From Azolla caroliniana (Eukaryota > Plantae > Polypodiophyta): a DNA stretch of 64,000 bases. Position 1 is the stretch's first letter. Each line of letters begins with the position of its first letter. Under the pieces are notes generated by a model. The model was not told the origin of the DNA. It was given only the letters and a program-made list of their open reading frames with translations, and did no database searches. Shown here piece after piece: positions 10,471 through 24,014 of the stretch. Position numbers and translations under genes: made by a program. The stretch spans positions 7,750,001 through 7,814,000 of the forward strand of contig JBHGNT010000010.1 of NCBI GenBank assembly GCA_043228905.1, given 5' to 3'.

Positions 10471-11900
10471 CATATTTGATAGGTGAATGGTTCGAACAAT
10501 GGGATGACAAGAGAAATAATATCAACACCAAGGGTCTAGGAAAGAACGGGACGATCATCCAATTAGGATAAATAGATGAAGGTGCAAGTTGGTCCCTGAT
10601 TAGAATTGTGGCACGAGACGACAAGAAATGGAAGGTGAATCCACCAGTCGATGAGGTTAAGGAGAACCTGATCTTGTACGTGGTTGGAGGCAAGCCGCTC
10701 GAGTGTTTAGAATGGGATCCTGTAGAATATAAATGGATGGGAGAACAAGATAAATCAATAGGTTTCTTCGAGTACTTGATGCACTTGGAGAGAAAGTTAT
10801 CCTTGCAATGTGAGAAGTGCACCAATAAATGGGCCCATGTAGTTGTCGATTCGGTCTTCGTGGATAGAACCAGGAGCAAGATATGGAACTCATCCCTCCC
10901 CGAGAAGATTAAAGTGTTTTTTTGGTTAATCACCTAATGGCTTGTTCCAACCGGAGAATGGCTTGTGAAAAAGGGTGGCATGAGCGATTGCAAGGCCTGC
11001 AGTGCGAGTTTGGAGGACATCGCACATTGTTTGTGGAGTTGCCCACGTGCCCAAGAAGTTTGGAGGAGGAGATTAAGAATCTTGGCTTGGGGCGGGGTTA
11101 ATGTTCATGTATCGAGTGCAACAGCTATCTGGTTGGCTATTGAATCGGTTGCATGGTTCTGTGCTTGAAATGGAAATAGTCCTTCTTTAAAGGTCGTGCA
11201 TGGAAATGTACAACCCTCAACACAAGGGGGTTCATTCTACATACAAGAACAATACGTGGACATTTGGTTATTAGTGATCGGCCTTATAGTTTGGCAAGTG
11301 TGGGTATCTACATGCAAGGAGTCTTTCACGAGTAAGCGGACCCCATTGACCAAGAGTTTAATGATGATCTAGTTTAATCTTACTTCTAGGTTACGAGGAG
11401 AGTTTGAAAGCATTCGAGGGACCTCGTATGTGAGTGAAGAAGCTAGAGGTCGTTTCCTCTTGAAATGGAGAGGTTTTCTAATGCTGCAAATGGTGGATGG
11501 CAATGGAAAGTGGATAATTTATCAACCACCACGGTGGTTGTTCCCTTTGAGGGTAACAAAGATCGGAAATAGGTGGGCGTTGTCACGTGAGGAGATTAGA
11601 GGATGACTATGCTGAATTAGGGTCGTATGAGGCTGACGTTGAGGGTATGCAGTCAAGTAATACTATGCTCATCGGATGCATGTTGTTATAATCCAGATCG
11701 TCCAAGGGAAGGTCGCTCATCCTCCTTTGTTCATCCCTCTTGATTAGGTGATTATTAGCTTCTTTTTTTGTTGATTCCTTTGTACATGTTGGCCTCTTTG
11801 TAGCCATGCAAGTTAGCTTGTAATATATGAGTTGTTGTATATTATCCTATGTACATTGACTTAACTAATGAAAGTAGTAAAAGAAATTTGGAAAAAAAAT
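10470..11900 (+). mobile_element. 5'-truncated L1-clade LINE (ORF2 C-terminus and 3' UTR)
   Basis: IWNSSLPEKIKVFFWLI and CKACSASLEDIAHCLWSCPRAQEVW match the zf-RVT zinc-binding region. Degenerate A-rich tail at ~11870-11900. Confidence 0.8.
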
Positions 11901-13116
11901 TCCAACGTATCTTGTTCACTCCCATAACAAGTGATTTTTTGGATGTCACATGCCATGAGGAATACGAGCATGGTTCCACAAATAAGGCAATGTAGCAAGT
12001 CATACAAAGATTACAAAAATCCCATTGTGTGAATGAAGGTTGTAAAAGTAGTGTCCCATGCTACGTTCCCATTATTGTGGACAAACTAAGAAATATGGAA
12101 TGCATTTTACCATTGAAATGGGTTTTTATGGCCTCAAGGACAGCTCCGATGGAGTTGAAAGACAACGACTCGCCTTCATCCAACAATGGTTGTCCTCTCG
12201 CTTTCTTGAGTTAGTGGGCATCCACATAAGATGGAACTATCGCGTCCCTACAGGGATTTGCATATAACACCCTCATATGTAAACTTTTATAACTAATGAA
12301 AAGAGTTATTTGTTTGGAAGAAAAAAAAAAAAGAATTTCAGTCTCTACAATAAATGAATCCTGTGTCATGTCCATCATGAACATCATATCATTCAAATGT
12401 GAACATCTCTGGATAGTATATACCTAAAAATGTGTTCATGTGCACTATCTATTTTATTGATCATGCTTGTAGGACAATATTTATGATTGCATACTTAAAT
12501 GTTCTTTTTCTAAACGTAATAAAGTTAAACACCTCAAGAGAGGTGGTTTGTTGTATGTCTTGCAAAGTGGGAAAGTTTTTCAATGGATTTTGTTGTTGAA
12601 TAGTTTATAACCCACAAAGGTCATAACTCTGTTTGCATAAGAGTGCATAGAATTGCCGAGATGAATAAATTTATTGCCTCAAAACTATAGTTACATGTCA
12701 ATCATTTTTGTCATCTAAAAGTTTACCTAACATTTTTGGTAGGAGATGTTAAAACAATGGAATAGAGTTTGGTCATTCAATATTAATGATTTTCTTGAGA
12801 TGAACGAGAGCATTGAACATGTTAAGCAAGTATTAGAATATATGTTTGTGCATATATTAATGCGAATCAATTGAACCAAGAGAACTTTTCTTCCTTTATA
12901 GTTCGCATACAACAAAGCACCATGTGTGTGTATAACAAGACTATTCATGTTGATGTATTGTTTTCAACCACAATTAAAGCTCAAAGTCCCTATAAAAGGA
13001 GATCCAAAGGAAGTGTTAAAAGGGGATAGTGGAGAGACCTAAGACATGTTGAGATACAACACAATCCTTTATATTAGAGAGCAAGGATAGAGAAATATGT
13101 ATATACTAGAGGATGG

Positions 13117-13213
13117 TATGACTTTCTACACTTAAGCACATTGGTGGTGTAAGGGAGAAAGAACTTATGACTTTCTATACTTAAGCACATTGGTGGTGTA
13201 AGGGAGAAAGAAC
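13117..13213. repeat. 49-bp tandem duplication
   Basis: TATGACTTTCTAyACTTAAGCACATTGGTGGTGTAAGGGAGAAAGAAC twice. Confidence 0.9.
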
Positions 13214-14250
13214 CCTCTATAACCATGATAACTCTATACATAATGGACATTTCATTTTATGACTTTATCTTTTGCTATTGAGCTAGTGTGAGAATATAGA
13301 TTGTGTGCTTAGGAGTCATCCTCAATGGGAGTTCCATAGGAAGAGAAAGCATGATGAATTGGACTGTAGTTGAAATGATTACGTCAATTTGTTTAAAGAT
13401 CACAAGGTCAATGCACCAAATTGGCATGTAGTTTTAGAAAAGTGATATATGTTGATGAGATTTGACCCCCGAGACCTTATGTTGGTAGCCCAATAACTCC
13501 CACTACAATAACCTATTTGCTAGAATAAATTGTTGGATGATTACGATGTGACTCAATGTGACATTGTTGTGTGACGATGCTATTATATGCGCTATATATT
13601 GTTTGTTGTGAAATAACTGTAGCAATTAGAAGCCCCAAACAAAGATGCAGAAATTAACAATAACCTTTGAAATGTTGACAAGCGTTCTAAATATCATGTG
13701 GCGAAAACGATAAATATAATGCACGACTTTCGTTATTTGAAATGTAAGCATTACGATAACTTTCCAAGCAAGTCTTCTTGAAACAATAATTTAAAGTACA
13801 ATGTTAATAAATGAAGAAACTTTGTCAATTTTGTTGAACTCCAAACTACTTTTCCATTGAGGAAATGTATACAATGAAGAAAAAAACTGTTATGCAAGCA
13901 GACACGTTCCATGGAGAAAAAGTAGGAATAAATAAGGTGAATGTGTCTACTGTGCACGATCCCCTACATTCTACAAGTGTTGCCATTGAGGCACATTTGC
14001 ATTGTAGATGAAGCTATATTAGGATGCTTGCATATGAAACTATAGTGATGTGTAAACAAGAATATTGTCAATATCATACGGTATACCATAATGGTTTGCT
14101 AGACAAGGAAGAAAAGTGAATGACATATCAACAAGGGCTTACACCAAGATTACTAAGGTGGATACAAATACCTCTTAAGATCACGACCATTTGGTATAAC
14201 AAACATTGGAATAGGATGCACAGCTTTAAGGTCTCCACAAAACCTTCCTA

Positions 14251-14407
14251 TACGAGCCTATACATATTGTGTCGTAGTGGTGCTAACTATATGTAATGTA
14301 TGCATGCATGCATGTTCCCATATGAGCCTATACATATCGTGTTGTAGTGGCACTAGCTATATGTAATGTATGCATGCATGCATGTTCCCATACGAGCCTA
14401 TACATAC
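14251..14407. repeat. 70-bp tandem repeat, ~2.2 copies, upstream of UXS
   Basis: Units start at 14251, 14321 and 14391 (TAyGAGCCTATACATA...TGCATGCATGCATGTTCCCA). Confidence 0.9.
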
Positions 14408-14647
14408 CATATGTATGTATGTTTTGTGAAAGCAACTAAACTTAAGAGGGTCCAAACAAAACATATTGGCTCACTCTCTACATTGCAGAGAATCCAGTCA
14501 GAGGTATCCACATGGTCGTGTGGAGAGGAAGCACGACTACTTTTATTCATCGATGTATGTGTCGAAAGGTGTAAGCAAGCGAATCGCATATAGAGATACA
14601 CATGCGCAAGACACAGAGTGCGTGCAAGGAGCGCGTGGGACGAGATA

Positions 14648-14648
14648 G

Positions 14649-14678
<30 letters not shown>
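14648..14678. repeat. (GAA)n microsatellite
   Basis: About 10 consecutive GAA units. Confidence 0.9.
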
Positions 14679-14679
<1 letters not shown>

Positions 14680-15107
14680 TATTGTTGCGAGCTTATTCTT
14701 CTGCGATCGTGACGGAAGGCCACACACACACACATGCACATACTCACTCACCCACGTTCTCTCTGTCTCTCTTTCACAACACTCACAATCAAAACAAAAA
14801 ACAAGACAAAGAGGGGAAAAAGAAGAAGAAGAAAAGCTCAACTGTTTTATAATAATTGCATTTTAATCCCCCCCGCCCCCCCTTATGTTTTGGTTAATTA
14901 CAAAAGGAGCCCTTTTACCTTTCTCATACAAAAAAGAGACTAAGCAAGATCTATCATTCAACCTTTTCTTTCTATGTATGTCCAACACATACATACATAC
15001 ATATATATATATAATATACATACTACTGTATACATATTACATATACACACAGAGACAGAGACAGAGACAGAGACAGAGAGAGAGAAAGAGAAAGAGTCTG
15101 CATTGCC

Positions 15108-17505
15108 ATGGCCACTCTCAATCACCGCAGAGCAGAGGAACCCCCTTCAACTAACCCTAACCCTAACCCTAACCCTCCCCCCTCCTCTGTTTCTTCCTCC
15201 ATGAAAGCTTTGGAGAAACCCCTGCCCATGCGAATGCGCCGTGCCCTGGATTACGCCCTCCGCGAGCAACGCCCCCTCTTCGTGATCCTCGGCATGCTTC
15301 TCTCCTCCGCGATCTTCCTCATTCTTGCTCATACTTCCCCATACTCTGATTCTTCTTCCCAACAGGGACAACTGGTAGCATCGTATAAGAGAGGGGATCC
15401 GTCTGCTCTGATGCATCCAGAGATCCATGGCTATATGCCCGGCCACTTTGTAGGGCATGGTCTGAAGCCGGGTGCCAAAGTTCCCCTTGGTCTGAAGAGG
15501 AAAACCCTTCGTGTTCTGGTTACAGGAGGGGCTGGATTCGTGGGTAGCCACCTTGTGGATCGCCTCATCGAACGTGGCGATAGTGTCATCGTTGTCGACA
15601 ATTTCTTTACAGGCCGCAAGGAGAACGTTCTGCGACACCTCAAGAACCCGCAGTTCGAGCTCATCAGGCATGATGTGGTAGAACCCCTCATGCTTGAAGT
15701 GGACCAGATCTATCATCTCGCTTGCCCGGCATCACCTGTCCACTACAAATATAACCCTGTCAAGACTATTATATCCATTTTTGCCAGCAATAAGAGTGTA
15801 TGTGTATGTGATTATACATAAAAATCATATGCATTTTGCCTCTTCCTTTTGCATCATCAAAGTATATCTATGGGGTATTTTGAATGTTATGCATGTGTAT
15901 AGTTATGTGATGCATGTGCATATGTTTTATCTACAAAGGAATTTCCTATTACATGCCCTTGTTCCTTGACTACTTATATACAAGACAAATGTGGTGGGCA
16001 CTTTGAATATGCTTGGTCTGGCAAAGAGAGTCGGTGCGCGATTCCTGCTTACGAGCACAAGCGAAGTTTATGGAGATCCATTGGAGCATCCGCAGAGAGA
16101 GACATATTGGGGCAATGTCAATCCTATTGGTATACTTCTTCATCCATTGACCTAATCCACATACACATGGGTAAATATTATTATCCCAAATTTCTGAATT
16201 GATAGGCCAATATCTCTACTTGTTCTTTTCATATAGGTGTTCGGAGTTGCTATGATGAAGGTAAAAGGACGGCGGAAACTCTCACAATGGATTATCATCG
16301 TGGTGCAAATGTTGAGGTATGCAGTTTACTCGCTGAACCATGGCTATTTCTTAGAGCTGGAATTCACACAAAACTACTAACAAATATTGGAGTAGGCAAA
16401 AAGATTCACTTTTTACCATGGGTAGTTCTGAGAACTAAAAAAAACCCTCGCTTTTGCACAGGTTCGCATTGCACGCATCTTCAACACATACGGTCCAAGA
16501 ATGTGTCTTGATGATGGACGGGTGGTTAGCAATTTTGTTGCTCAGGTTTAGAACATTTCCTTCTCTTACCATGTATAAAAATTCCAGGTTAAAGCCTTTT
16601 GATTGCTTGACTCAATGTTTTTTTTGAATAACGTATATATATGTGGGTAGGCTTTGAGGAAAGAACCTATGACCGTTTACGGCGATGGAAAGCAAACAAG
16701 GAGTTTTCAATTTGTTTCCGATCTTGTAAGCAGAGTAGTAACTTTGAAATAATTTCTCTTTCTTTTCCTTGGGTTATATTTTGCCACTAATTTCTTATGT
16801 GGATCCTTCTTTCCTAGGTTGAAGGATTAATGCGTCTCATGGAGAGTGACCACATTGGCCCTTTCAATCTCGGGAATCCTGGAGAATTCACCATGCTAGA
16901 ACTGGCCGAGGTAACTTCATGGTTTTGTCACTACTTTAATTATGATCATGTATGTTAGTAGCTACTTATGGTACTTCTTTACTAGTAGTTATGGTCATGT
17001 TAGTAGTAGTTACTTAAGGTTTTCTTTACTAGTTAGGCATAGTTATGCTGGTATTTGTCTCATTTTTCTTCTCTTGATGAGGGAGTTTTTGTGTTATAAT
17101 TAGGTTGTGAAAGAAGTTATCGACCCGAATGTTATTAGCTACTTATGGTCTTCTTTACTAGTAGTTATGGTCATGCTAGTAATAGTTACTTAAGGTTTTC
17201 TTTACTAGTTAGGCATGGTTATGCTGGTATTTTTCTCAATTGTTCTTCTCTTTGATGACAAGGGAGTTTTGTGTTATAATTAGGTTGTGAAAGAAGTTAT
17301 TGATCCGAATGCTAAGATCGAGTTTAGGAAGAATACCGAGGATGATCCGCATATGAGGAAGCCGGATATCACAAAGGCAAAGAATTTGCTAGGGTGGGAA
17401 CCAAAGGTCTCATTGAAAGCAGGTCTTCCTATGATGGTCGATGATTTTCGACAGAGGATATTTGGTGATATTAAGGGAGGAGTAGGGAGTGAGGGTACAA
17501 TGTAA
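15108..17505 (+). CDS. UXS: UDP-glucuronic acid decarboxylase (UDP-xylose synthase), membrane-anchored type, 454 aa
   Basis: Exons 15108-15770, 15982-16129, 16237-16316, 16462-16545, 16651-16725, 16818-16910 and 17284-17505 splice in frame (1365 nt). N-terminal TM segment ([17 protein letters not shown]), GGAGFVG Rossmann motif, [10 protein letters not shown], catalytic [15 protein letters not shown]. Confidence 0.97.
15771..15981 (+). other. U12-type AT-AC intron (UXS intron 1)
   Basis: 5' end ATATCCAT, branch site TTCCTTGAC (15962-15970), 3' end ...ATAC. Removal gives the conserved NPVKTI|KTNVVGT junction. Confidence 0.93.
16952..17311. repeat. ~180-bp tandem duplication spanning the UXS intron 6/exon 7 boundary
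   Basis: TTATAATTAG|GTTGTGAAAGAAGTTATyGAyCCGAATG occurs with acceptor G at 17103 and at 17283, each preceded by the same ~150 bp of intron. Confidence 0.93.
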
Positions 17506-18879
17506 GGTGGAGTCAGGAGAGTGCGAAATTCCAACCAGCCCATCTTTTTTTAGCAAATGTCGAATGCCTAAAGAAGATATTGGAAGTTTGATTTTTTCCG
17601 ACCGAATCGCTTCCGATAAATATTTCAAGATTTGTAATTATAGTGGTGTTTTGAGAGTAATGAAATTCTTGATATTTATGATGATGGGCGATTGTTGTAA
17701 ATGATTCACAACTTAATCTAGCATGAGTTGCATTTTTTTATCAAGAAAATTTTCAATTATGAGTTTTGATCAATGGAGTGAACTGCAAAATTGATTCTTC
17801 TAAGGTTGAGACCGTTTATTTTATCATACTATTGCATGGCCTAAGAAGGTCATGTCGTGGATTTATTGTCATGTCCTCATGGATATGTATTTGAATCACA
17901 ATATTCACAGCATGGAGATGTGAAACAATTTAGAAATAATAGAACACTCCACAAAGACGAGCAAAAATGCATAGGAAGAGGTACAACCTATAAGACCCAA
18001 ATATGATTAGCAAATAAATAAGCAAATGGTTTGTTCTAAACAAGTCCATGGTCTCAAGAAGATACGTACTCCATGTATGCGATCCTATAACTCAAAAGAT
18101 CTAGAGGGTGAAATTAATAACATGCCTAGCCAAGTATGTGATCCTAATACCTATATAACTCAAAAGATCTAGAAAGTGAAATTAATAATGTGCCTATCCT
18201 TTCTATGGATCATTTTGCTTTACCATTTGTAGTTGTGCATGTTTGTGGAACACTAGTATGTATTAAGAATACAAGTTGTCTTAGTTGGGGGCTCATGATG
18301 ATATAATATCTACTTTATTGTCCCCAGCATACCTCTTTCCCATTAGTTAGGAGAGATTTTTACATAAAGGCTATACAAAGGTAGCTTATATATCAATCGG
18401 GGAATCACCCCCCAATCGAGTTCTAGAATATGAGAAAGCAACTATGGTAACGTACATATCCTCTCATATTTTCTACTTAATGTAAGTAGGTACCTAGAGC
18501 TATAAACATACTTACTTCTTGTTTCCATGGCATGTAAGCATCTAATTAGGGGGCTTCCAACTTGTATTGATAGGATGATAAGTTTGAGGGATATTTAGTT
18601 TTATTGTCCCAAGCATACTTCTTGTTTACATGCCATGTAAGCATCCAATTAGGTGACTTCCACCTTGTATAGGTAGGATGATAAGTTTGAGGACGTGTAA
18701 AATGAATTATGTCCCCACCTATGAGTACCTCAGTCCCTCTATTTACATTGTTGCAAGCAATTGAAGGTGTGCATATTTACCTCTCTCGATGTAAATCCCA
18801 CATCTAGTGAATCGAACAAACCATTCAAATCAGCCCTTTGTCACTCTCTCACTTAGTGCATGGAATGAAATAGAGAAAA

Positions 18880-19716
18880 TCCAAAAAATGGTATTAGGTA
18901 GACAATTGGAGGTAAATTCTCAACATCCTATCCTATCATGCGATTAGAAACATGTGCTCACCCCCCCTAGATATACTAACAATGCAAAGAGTATGTAAGT
19001 ACATAACAAAAGTCAAGAATATGCTTGATCATAGATTGCCCAAACAAGCTTGGAACATAGGATGCAAAGTACAAAAACCCAATAAGATATGATTGTGCTT
19101 CAAATTATGAAATGGTTTAAGATATGGTTGGTAAAAGATCTATTGGAGCTCTCAAGTGATGCTATGTAGTATGTGATCATTGAGGATAGATTAGTAGAGG
19201 CAAAATGGATGAAGTGGCAAGACACTAAAATGTCAAAATTGGAATATCACATTGCAAATATTAACCCCCCCCAATACAAGGAAAAAATGCCAAAAACATA
19301 TCCAATGCATCCCACTACCCCCATGAGTGTTAGCCCTCAAAGAGCCAAAACATTTCTTCAAACTTGCTCACACAAGTTAGGTATTGAGGTAGCATCATCA
19401 TGCAAACATGAAGATATGCAATGTATGCAATGAAAACCTAAACGAGGATGAATACCACTCACTTATCACATGCTCAACATATAAAGTAATTCGTGAGAAG
19501 TATGATGACTTATTAAAAGGACATGATGATGTGAGTGTTGTACTCAAATTTACACTGCGAAAGGTGAGCACATGTGCATGTATTATTTTCATTGAGTTTT
19601 TATTTCATAGTAACCCTCCTTCATAGGAAGGAATCACACACAAGATGATATGTCGATTTGGTCTCATAGGTCAATTTGGCTTCATCATGGACGATAAAAA
19701 ATTTATTCTATTCTAT
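18880..19716 (+). mobile_element. Degenerate RTE-like LINE 3' end
   Basis: TCSHKLGIEV and ICNVCNENLNEDEYHSLITCSTYKVIREKY (C-terminal zinc-knuckle motif); (TATTC)n tail near 19704-19716. Left boundary is approximate. Confidence 0.6.
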
Positions 19717-22700
19717 GGGTGTTGCAATAAGCTCAACTCCAACAATGACATATGAGGCTTAGGCTTGCTTTTACATAACATGGGATGCCATGATCGAAGT
19801 CAATTTTCCCAAATGTAGTGAGGTATCTTAACTTCAATCACAACATCAAAATTTCCAAAGCCCTCGATTACATTCACTATTCTGATAGTGTAACTGATGA
19901 ACTTCAAAAAAGATTTTAAAATGCCTTACATGTCCATATCGAAACATTGATTTTAAACGCAAGGCTAACCATGACCATTTTATCCATATTTTTTAACATT
20001 CGTATTTTTCAATTTCGAGATGTTATTATTAGATGTGTGATAGGGCATCGATAACGCATCTAGCAAAAAACACCTACAACAAATGGAATCATAATGACGA
20101 ATTTATGCTCAAAAATCAAAGTATTAAATGGGACCATGAAAAACGAAGATATATGATGGTCATGACTCATGGGTTATAGTGATAAGATCAACTCAAACCC
20201 AACCCCAACCCCAAAGAACTCTAGGAGATTCATGTTAGTTCAACATATAAACTTTTATTACGCAAAACATATTTCTTCTACCTAACCTTATGTAAACGAT
20301 TGAGTATCTTTGGAGTTGTCCTTTTGCCTCTTTACTTTAAATATTATGAATCACGTTTTATCATGTCTTTCTACAAACTATAGACCTTACGATTGTGCTT
20401 CACATCGAAAAACAAATAATTCCACCTTTTCGTATGGTGTAAACTAAATGGCCACCCAAATTTATCTTACTTTAAAAAGATTTACTATTTCTCTAAAAAT
20501 GAACATCTGCTGCATAAAATACCTTTTTATCATTCAACTGAAAATTTATGAAAAGTGTCTTGGGTTGCATCTAAAGGTTCTATTGACGGTTTGTAATGTT
20601 TCCATAACGAATTAAGCTTACGTTTATCACTTACTATTTTTTATTCAAAGCAATTGTCAAGTTTCACAATGTGTGGTTTAGTACTCTTTTTGTCAAGATG
20701 GATGTACCATTTATACTTTACAATCAATCTCAAAAGTACTTTTCTAAGTTAGACCGTGTAGATCTCGTGTGCAAAAATGTTGTTGATATTTATGGAAGTA
20801 CTCTATTTTGTTTGACAAGGTTCTTTCTATGTTAGTTTAGCATGTGTTACAACTTACCATAACTATTAATGTCACCACTTGATAATCTCAACTCCTTAAT
20901 ACTTCATATTAACTTTTGCCATCACTTTTCTTCTCACCAAGTTATGTGTTTATTTGAACATGGGTGTTGATTCATAAATTCTTGTACTCAAAAGGTTTAT
21001 CCCTCAAACCTCTTTCATATCCCCCTAAGTTTTATTCTCGCTTTTCCTTTTTTGAGGGCCAACATCACATTAGCAGCTGGCAACTTGGCACACTTGATCA
21101 CAATCATTCTCAATTTCTCTATTATAGGTAGACCGTCATTGTTAATTGCAGTACCATGAAAAGATATCAGTTCATCATTAGTCTTAATTAATTATATCTC
21201 ATATTGTGATTAGTCATAATCACAATTATATCATTCATTACAATACATCATTATTCATATAACTACTCTATACTTTTCATCATCCAATCAAAATGTTAGC
21301 ACATAGCTTTCTAGGACCGGAAAAAACATCCCATTTTGTAGCATTGACAACCTCTCATTTTAATATGATACAAAATATATTAAAACCATATGATAATGCG
21401 AGGACTTTGCTACGATACTTGGGACCTATATGTTGAGAATGTGGTATTTGAGGAGATTAAAAGTATGTGAAAGCTCACAAGACTAAGATGCTAAGTTAGA
21501 GAAAGGACATGCAAATTACGTTATTTCTGGATAAATAAATGTATAGGTGCGCCTCATGACTAGATTGTATGCCCCCTTACATGGTGTCTCAAAGAGGTGT
21601 TCCATAAATTACAACCATATTTACCTCGTGTCACACATCATATCTAAACCATATGATATGATGCTAGAACTTGTTTATGTATACATCACTTTATAAGTTG
21701 GATGTGCGTAGTAGTTCAAGTCCTACTTTGTACATCATATCATTTTTACGTCGAATAATTTATAATATATATTATAAGAAAGTCTATTGAGACTGACTAA
21801 ATACCTCTTTGTTGAGCGTCATCAATCGGTATGCCATTAAGATATAGAGAGTCATTGATAAATATGTAACATAAATTAAAAATGTACTCTTGTTAAGTCT
21901 ACAAGTGTCATTGGTGCATGTGAAAGACAACCAATTGTATATAAAGATCTCTCACCTTACATCGAGGATAAGAGACCATCATAAGATGATTATCATGAGT
22001 GGCATCTTGTGCATTAAATAATGCTTATTTTAGGCTAAGGTGCTTCTCCATCTCCATTTATGCTTTCTCAATCTTCTATTAAATATGTAACCAACATTTT
22101 GACATCCCTTTTACACGAAAGTTGGGATAGTGAGTATTTATCTAGCATTTATAATGAGTAAAAGCATCCATGAAGCTTAACTTGTTTTTCCTTCTTTGAC
22201 CACATTGTTTCTCATTATTTTAAGTAGAATTTAAAGAAAGGTTGCGACCCTTGAATTAGAAGTCTTGAATGAAAGTCCATGTTTTATGTGGCTATCTCCA
22301 TCCGGACGGATCCACTCGTGTTGAAACATTGACTATTCCTTTGAAAGACATCATTTTCCTTGATCTTCTATTGCTAGTATAAATTCTCGCTTTATGACCC
22401 TTTCCACTTAACCTCCACAATAAAGAATTCAAACATTCATCAATACCAAAGTCCATTAAACTAACGTATGTATATGCCTTAAGAAATACAAACTTCTCCA
22501 CATTTCTGTTGAGCATTTGTCGCCTTGAACATGCACCATCAATTTGCCATATTCCCTTTCATGAGCTTCACAATTATCCTCATTGAGCCATAACAATATA
22601 TCATGGCACTTTTCAATAATTGCACCATTGATTCCAAGTGTATACAAGTTCATTAGCTTCAATACAAACTTTATATGATCAAAAGCAAGTAACCATAATT

Positions 22701-24014
22701 CCATTTGCAACCAACTCATCATTGAAACCATCAATCATAATCATATGTTCATCCATTATGTTTTCCAATGAATTAACATTCTCTATTCAATGCATGTAAA
22801 CAATCTTTTAAGTTTCATTCAAAGCCTTGTGTTCAAAAGGAAGTGATTCAAATGTCAAATGACCCATATGTTTTAATCTATCATTGTAAATATAATTGTA
22901 ATCATTAATTGGGATTTCAAGAGCAACCCAACTCCAACTCCACCTTGAACATTTCTTCCAAGCATGTTGTTACCCATTTGTAAAGATATTGTAAAGTGTT
23001 TACTATACCTTCATTTCTACACATTTCAATGGCATTAACAAGGCATCAGTACCTAAGGGCAAAGTTTGGTACATAGAAAAGGGGACAAGAGGTAGATCAC
23101 TTAGGTGTGAAAAGGCATGGGGGTCAATGTAAAGACTATGAAAATCACTTTTAGCCGTCCCCACACTTTTCCTTGATCTCTTCATTTTAGATGTATAGAT
23201 TAATCTCATATTCCTTAAAAGTTTCCAAGTCTTAAGCATTTCTTCCTAACGATTTGGACCCCTTTGTATCTAGTTAATTATATGGTAAGCAAAACACATA
23301 GGACTTCGCTTCTATATACATTCTCTTGTCAACAACAAGAGAATGTCCTTTAAGTACGTTATGTGTATTTTTATTAGCATTGAGTGAAGTGAATTTAAGT
23401 GAAGCTCAACCAAGTGATTAACACCAACTCTAGTAAACTTAGGGAGGGCTTGGGATACGTACCCACTTGCATTGCCAACACACAACCAGATGTTGGCCTA
23501 GCCAGCCCCACATAACGATCTTGGTGTGAAGATCGACTAAGTGACCAACACTAGCACTAGAAAACGTAGGGAAGGCTTGACATCTATACCCACTTGCATT
23601 GCCAACCTTCAGCTAGACGTTGGGCATGGCCCCATATAACGATCATAGTGTGGGAAGAAGACTCTCCTGATGAACCATGTTAGGAAGGAAACCCCCAAAG
23701 ATTTACTATATATTAAGATAAATGAATCTTATGCTAATTCTTGAGCACCCACTAAGTTGGAAATGTTGTTCACCATCAATAAAAACTTCTCTCTCTTTTT
23801 TGAGACATCAAGATAAGATTTGTACACAAACACTCACCATAAAAGTGTGAGCTTATTGCTTTCTTGAGCATAAACATCATAAGGATCAAGATGCATCACT
23901 TGGACAATCTTTGAATTTGCGCTCAACAAATGTTTCTTTTGCTAGCTTCAAATTCAATCATCCTATTGATGCCTAGCTTATATAACTCACTTGTAAAATT
24001 TATGAGAGCAAATA

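Noticed and set aside
11900-14240. Degraded DNA-transposon (SWIM/MULE-like) coding remnants
   Set aside because: Only faint Cys/His hints; no motif or terminus I can support.
14366-15204. Short ORFs upstream of UXS (poly-S, poly-E, QRQR)
   Set aside because: They are translations of GAA, CA and AGAGAC microsatellites in the promoter and leader.
15108-15821. 237-aa single-exon UXS as given by the ORF track
   Set aside because: The tail ISIFASNK... is read-through into the AT-AC intron; the conserved protein continues at 15982.
19750-23400. Possible ancient transposase or Helitron relic
   Set aside because: AT-rich with short ORFs and no recognisable domain, TIR or terminal hairpin.
23660-23705. 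Possible second hammerhead (CTGATGA...GAAAC) after a ~125-bp diverged duplication
   Set aside because: Stem II does not pair properly, and there is no stem I/III partner or cleavage triplet.
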